Shown here: one piece after another, positions 60,746-64,000 of the stretch
Layout: each line of letters opens with the position of its first letter
Numbering within the stretch: position 1 is the stretch's first letter
Translations under genes and position numbers: made by a program
From: an uncultured Gammaproteobacteria bacterium
GTDB taxonomy: Bacteria; Pseudomonadota; Gammaproteobacteria; Competibacterales; JAHEDQ01
Direction of reading: 5' to 3'
Length of the DNA: 64,000 nucleotides
Assembly: GCA_963783675.1 (NCBI GenBank)
Contig: CAWAOU010000027.1
Coordinates: forward strand, 13,221-77,220
Notes under the pieces: generated by a model
Databases searched by the model: none
Seen by the model: only the letters and a program-made list of their open reading frames with translations
Told to the model about the DNA's origin: nothing

Positions 60746-60781
60746 GCTGGACGACTCCTGATCCAACGCCTCCGGAGGCAC
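59453..60781 (-). CDS. IS91-family (Y2/HUH rolling-circle) transposase, N-terminally truncated
   Basis: VLRCDSCHGDQWVAFSCKRRGFCPSCGARRMAESAALLVDEV zinc-binding region and the rest of the IS91-type core. The usual about 55 N-terminal residues preceding this motif are absent. Confidence 0.85.
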   Translation of the reverse strand: MPPEALDQESSSFAGHVVLRCDSCHGDQWVAFSCKRRGFCPSCGARRMAESAALLVDEVFAEQPVRQWVLSVPYPLRFLFASRPAVMGRVLGIVYRCIATHLTKKAGFSCKTARSGAVTLIQRFGSALNLNIHFHMLFLDGVYVEGSDGSLRFRWVKAPTSTELSRLAQTLALRIGRYLERQGLLERDAENCYLAGDHFEAGPMHQLLGSSITYRIAVGPQQGRKVFTLRTLPACDDRFDDGVGKVAGFSLHAGVAARADERGKLERLCRYISRPAVSEKRLSLTANGNVRYQLKTPYRDGTTHVMFEPLDFIARLAALVPKPRVNLTRFHGVFAPNSKYRARVTPAKRGRGGQRAATGDGEEATPAERRASMTWAQRLKRVFGIDVETCRACGGAVRIIACIEQPEVIDKILSHLDAKAVEPQATRRPPCRAPPQAGRFDD

Positions 60782-61334
60782 CCGTTACCAAAACTCTTTC
60801 GCCTTCTGAGACCCGTGCTCTTCTGAGCATATGCTCCCCGGTGATATAAGCACAACAGAAGGTTGCAAGTTCGGTGTCTGTTAAGGATGTCTCAACACAG
60901 TGCGCATTCTCTGCGGGCACCGATACGTACTCGGCAAACCCGCCAGGTCGACCTGATCCAATATAATCGTGGCTTGGGATATCGTTTCCAGGGCCGGCAT
61001 ACATTCCAAAATCGACCATGACACGCCGGCCGATAAGGGAGGAATCAATATCTGTACCGCAACCAACAATAACACCCGCTATGTCGGCACCTTGGATTAT
61101 TGGGAATGCTAGCGGACTATCTCCAAAAGAGGCTACCGCATCCGGATCATCAGATACACCATAGGCACCTTCTCGAACCCGGATATCCGTATTATTAATT
61201 CCGCAGGCACCAACTCGAACAAGCACTTCGCCTGAACCAACGTCGGGGGTCGGCCAGTTATTCTCGAACACGAGCTTTCCTGGTCCGCCGTGCCCGGTTA
61301 ACAACATTGCTTTCATCGTCTTTGGAATGGGCAT
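60740..61334 (-). pseudogene. zinc-type alcohol dehydrogenase / quinone oxidoreductase (MDR family), 3'-truncated
   Basis: MKAMLLTGHGGPGKLVFENNWPTPDVGSGEVLVRVGACGINNTDI...VLVTGASGGVGS, then the reading frame runs into IS91 sequence. Only about 195 aa of an expected about 330 are present. Confidence 0.75.
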
Positions 61335-61403
61335 GGCTTAACTCGGGTTGGGAATTTAGTGAATTGGAAACGTGCCACATAACGTCAAAGTTGAGTGGGG
61401 GTT

Positions 61404-62312
61404 CTACCCCGTCTCCACGGACGGTTTTAAAATGGCTGAAAACTTCTGATCTTGTGCAGCAACTCTACGCCGCATTCTGGAATTGTGAAATCGCTCAATG
61501 TAGTCGAACACATCAGCCCTGGCTTCATTCCGGGTGCGGTACCGGCGATGGTGAATCCTTTCGCGTTTGAGTACCCCGAAGAATCCCTCACACGCGGCGT
61601 TGTCGCCGCAATGACCTACAGCACTCATACTGCTGATCAAAGTGTTCTGCCCCAGGAACCGCTGGTAGTCGCCGCTAGTGAATTGGCAGCCTCGATCGGA
61701 ATGTAAAATCACCTTTGTGGCCTCCTGGCGCTGCCAGATAGCCATCTCAACCGCTCGAATGACCATGTGCCGATCCTGTCGATGATGCATCGCCCAGCCA
61801 ATGACAAGCTTGCTGAACAGGTCGAGAACGACGCACAGAAACAGCTTCCCTTCTAATGTCTTGATCTCCGTGATGTCAGTGACCCATTTGCTTTCCGGCT
61901 CCAATGCCGTGAAGTCCCGGCGCAGATGATTCTCAACGCCCGCGGGACGCATACTGGAACCTTTCCAGCGCTTGGGCTTTTTCCGTGGCCAGCCTTGTAT
62001 GTTGTGAGATGCCATCAGGCGTGCAACACGGTTCAAACTGGCTGTCTCACCCTCGGCAGCCAAATCCTCGTGCATACGCGGCGCACCAATTACGCCACCA
62101 CTGTCGTCGTGGATCTCGCGTATGCGTACCAGCAGACGCGCATTGTCCGATTCACGAGGACTCGGCTTGCGTGATACCCAAGCGTAATACCCGCTGGATG
62201 AAACATTCAGGCAGCGGCACATAAGACGAACAGGAAAATCATCGCGACAACGTTGGATCGCCTGATACCTCAGGACGATTCCTTCGCAAAGAACGTTGCC
62301 GCTTCGCGTAAA
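61404..62312 (-). CDS. IS3-family transposase OrfB (DDE), expressed by -1 frameshift from OrfA
   Basis: [30 protein letters not shown]...[10 protein letters not shown]...[16 protein letters not shown]. The -1 frame is open back to a T TTT TTA heptamer at 62309-62315. The ORF-track ATG is at 62222. Confidence 0.85.
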   Translation of the reverse strand, partial: FTRSGNVLCEGIVLRYQAIQRCRDDFPVRLMCRCLNVSSSGYYAWVSRKPSPRESDNARLLVRIREIHDDSGGVIGAPRMHEDLAAEGETASLNRVARLMASHNIQGWPRKKPKRWKGSSMRPAGVENHLRRDFTALEPESKWVTDITEIKTLEGKLFLCVVLDLFSKLVIGWAMHHRQDRHMVIRAVEMAIWQRQEATKVILHSDRGCQFTSGDYQRFLGQNTLISSMSAVGHCGDNAACEGFFGVLKRERIHHRRYRTRNEARADVFDYIERFHNSRMRRRVAAQDQKFSAILKPSVETG

Positions 62313-62563
62313 AAATCCCGTTCCTTCTTCACCCGCGCCAACTCGCGCTTGAGCCGGGCAACCTCCTCATCCCGAGGTGTGCCGGAGCCGCTGAACGCTT
62401 TGCCAGATACCGCACCGGCTTCACGTTTCCAGCGGCTCAGCAGATTGGGATTGATCCCGATCTCAAGCGCGACCTGGCGGCAACTCACCCCTGGCTGGCG
62501 AGTCAATGCAACGGCTTCTTGCTTGAACTCCGGGCTGTACTTTCTTCGCTTAGACATGAACAC
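62270..62563 (-). CDS. IS3-family transposase OrfA (HTH)
   Basis: [46 protein letters not shown] is canonical IS3 OrfA. Confidence 0.9.
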   Translation of the reverse strand: MFMSKRRKYSPEFKQEAVALTRQPGVSCRQVALEIGINPNLLSRWKREAGAVSGKAFSGSGTPRDEEVARLKRELARVKKERDFLREAATFFAKESS

Positions 62564-62900
62564 TCCTTCGGCACATTGTGCCTCTTCTTGGAAGTGTCCG
62601 TGTTAACGGGGTAGAACCCGTCCTTCAGACAGGTCAGTCGCGGTCAGGTAGGCGAGGAGTTGGTACAGGTCGCCATGCTGCAGTCCTGGCGCCCTGAGGC
62701 CCTTGTATTTGACGTCGCCAATAAAGTGGCAGATGCCCGCCCTCCCCCCAGCCGATGTCCGGCCTAAGGCGCACTGATTCGCCCTGGTCGAGGGTCAGCG
62801 CATGGCCAACGCACTCCTGCGGGAACGATCGCTGTGTAAGGTTAAGTTCTTCTCCTTAGGGTAAGGGTCAACGACCAGATAAGATCCCCGGGCAGGCTGT

Positions 62901-63627
62901 GAGTATAAGACGAACAAACGCCCTTTTCCGAAAGTTGATCGTGTATCCCCAAGTCATCAAACAGTCGCCAAACCGCTTTTCAGTTTGGTGTCGGCCGTGA
63001 TCGGCCCTTCTGGGCCGGCAGAAGCGGCCAAGATCGAGTAGTTCAGCCAATTTCTTAACGAATTCCCCGCATCGGGCCGAACGCGATCAAAGCCGCAACG
63101 CTCAGCGTCGCAGTCGGGGGGTGTTACCGGGTAGCCCGGTTCAGTCGTCGAACCGTCCCGCCTGGGGCGGCGCCCGACACGGCGGCCGCCTCGTGGCTTG
63201 GGGCTCAACCGCTTTCGCATCCAGGTGGCTGAGGATCTTGTCGATGACCTCCGGCTGCTCGATGCAGGCGATAATCCGCACCGCCCCACCGCAGGCCCGG
63301 CAGGTCTCAACGTCGATACCGAACACCCGCTTCAGACGCTGCGCCCAGGTCATTGAGGCGCGGCGTTCGGCCGGCGTCGCCTCCTCCCCATCCCCCGTCG
63401 CAGCACGCTGGCCTCCCCTGCCACGCTTGGCCGGTGTCACCCGCGCGCGGGATTTGCTGTTCGGCGCAAACACCCCGTGGAAACGGGTCAGATTGACTCT
63501 CGGTCTGGGCACCAGGGCCGCCAGCCGGGCAATGAAATCGAGGGGTTCAAAGATGACGTGCGTCGTACCGTCGCGGTACGGGGTCTTCAGCTGGTAACGA
63601 ACGTTCCCATTCGCGGTGAGCGACAGG
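62901..63627 (-). mobile_element. IS91-family 3' fragment, copy 3 (727 bp, mosaic)
   Basis: 62901-63450 is near-identical to copies 1 and 2. 63451-63627 aligns with copy 2 with about 15 substitutions, mostly silent in the transposase frame. Homology ends at 63627. Confidence 0.8.
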
Positions 63628-63934
63628 GGGATGGATTCCGCATGGCGTTCCAGCTACGAGACCGCAAGTTTGTGATCGGCGGTAATGCCGGGTGGTGATC
63701 GCGAACGCTTAACCGCGCCGGGCTTTGCTTTGGTCATAGCGATGGGGCGTCTCCTCTTGCGGTTTTCCTCAATGCTCCACGTTTCTAGCCGGGGTCGCCG
63801 GACGCGCAACGGGCGGCCCGCTCCATTCGCTGCGCTCCCGTGTTGCCCGTTCCCCTGCGGTGCCCGTCCGGCTTGTCCCCCGTCTTCGATGTTTCGCGTG
63901 TTTCGGAAAAACCGCTTAACAGAGGAGACCAACC

Positions 63935-64000
63935 ATGACCAAGAACAGCGCACCCCGGCAGGACGTTTACACCCGCGTCACCGACAAGATCGTCGCCGAT
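63935..64000 (+). CDS. ArdC-like / DUF1738 N-terminal domain protein (partial, runs off window)
   Basis: GAGGAG Shine-Dalgarno, then MTKNSAPRQDVYTRVTDKIVAD, which resembles the N-terminus of ArdC/DUF1738 ssDNA-binding proteins of conjugative elements. Only 22 codons are visible. Confidence 0.45.
   Translation, partial: MTKNSAPRQDVYTRVTDKIVAD

Larger units (their letters stand above)
61392..62627 (-). mobile_element. IS3-family insertion sequence (1236 bp)
   Basis: Ends TGAGTGGGGGTTCTACCCCGT... / ...ACGGGGTAGAACCCGTCCTTCA (TG...CA imperfect inverted repeats). orfA/orfB organisation. Confidence 0.85.

Noticed and set aside
60072-61334. 420-aa ORF suggesting a large intact protein
   Set aside because: It is a chimera. 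The first about 195 aa are a genuine MDR dehydrogenase N-terminus. The rest is an out-of-frame read through the IS91 transposase gene (Arg/Gly/Pro-rich nonsense).

Overview
GC-rich, gammaproteobacterium-like chromosomal window (organism assignment is inference only; a HiPIP gene and sulfur-assimilation genes are present). Positions 1 to about 48.1 kb are a mostly intact core region. It holds a glycan modification/sulfation cluster (nucleotidyltransferase, glycosyltransferase, PIG-L deacetylase, two sulfotransferase-fold proteins), cell-wall enzymes and two tandem photolyases. It also holds ubiG, class II DAHP synthase, trmH, HiPIP, three hotdog thioesterases, an amidase, the sdaA-gcvT-gcvH-gcvP operon plus gcvR, and a PBP5-type carboxypeptidase. 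Further along are a patatin/Omp85 (PlpD-like) protein, murB, cysI-DUF934 next to cysB, pcm, aldehyde and alcohol dehydrogenases and a hisN-like phosphatase. Four things stand out. (1) A 2.3-kb gene for a c-type cytochrome with 12 CxxCH motifs, divergent from cysB, is broken across all three forward frames by many frameshifts, while every other gene in the core region (1-48.1 kb) reads through. (2) A dispersed intergenic repeat family of about 135-158 bp (3 full copies plus 1 partial) has conserved nested stems, G.U-type pairs and one compensatory base-pair change. (3) A 273-bp element with 25-bp terminal inverted repeats and several internal hairpins looks like a MITE. (4) From about 48.5 kb to the window end lies an accessory/mobile region. 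It starts inside a truncated sulfatase gene and carries three same-orientation, near-identical IS91-family oriIS-proximal modules (one near-complete but 5'-truncated transposase, two fragments). It also carries a DDE IS inserted in an AraC remnant, an IS3-family element, truncated cargo genes, a LuxR/MalT-type regulator with a hydrolase/porin module, and the start of an ArdC-like gene. I saw no CRISPR array, rRNA or convincing tRNA, and no recognisable defence system. The candidates for novelty are the structured repeat family, the MITE-like element, the localised decay of the cytochrome operon and the IS91 module array. All protein calls rest on motif recognition by eye, not on database searches.
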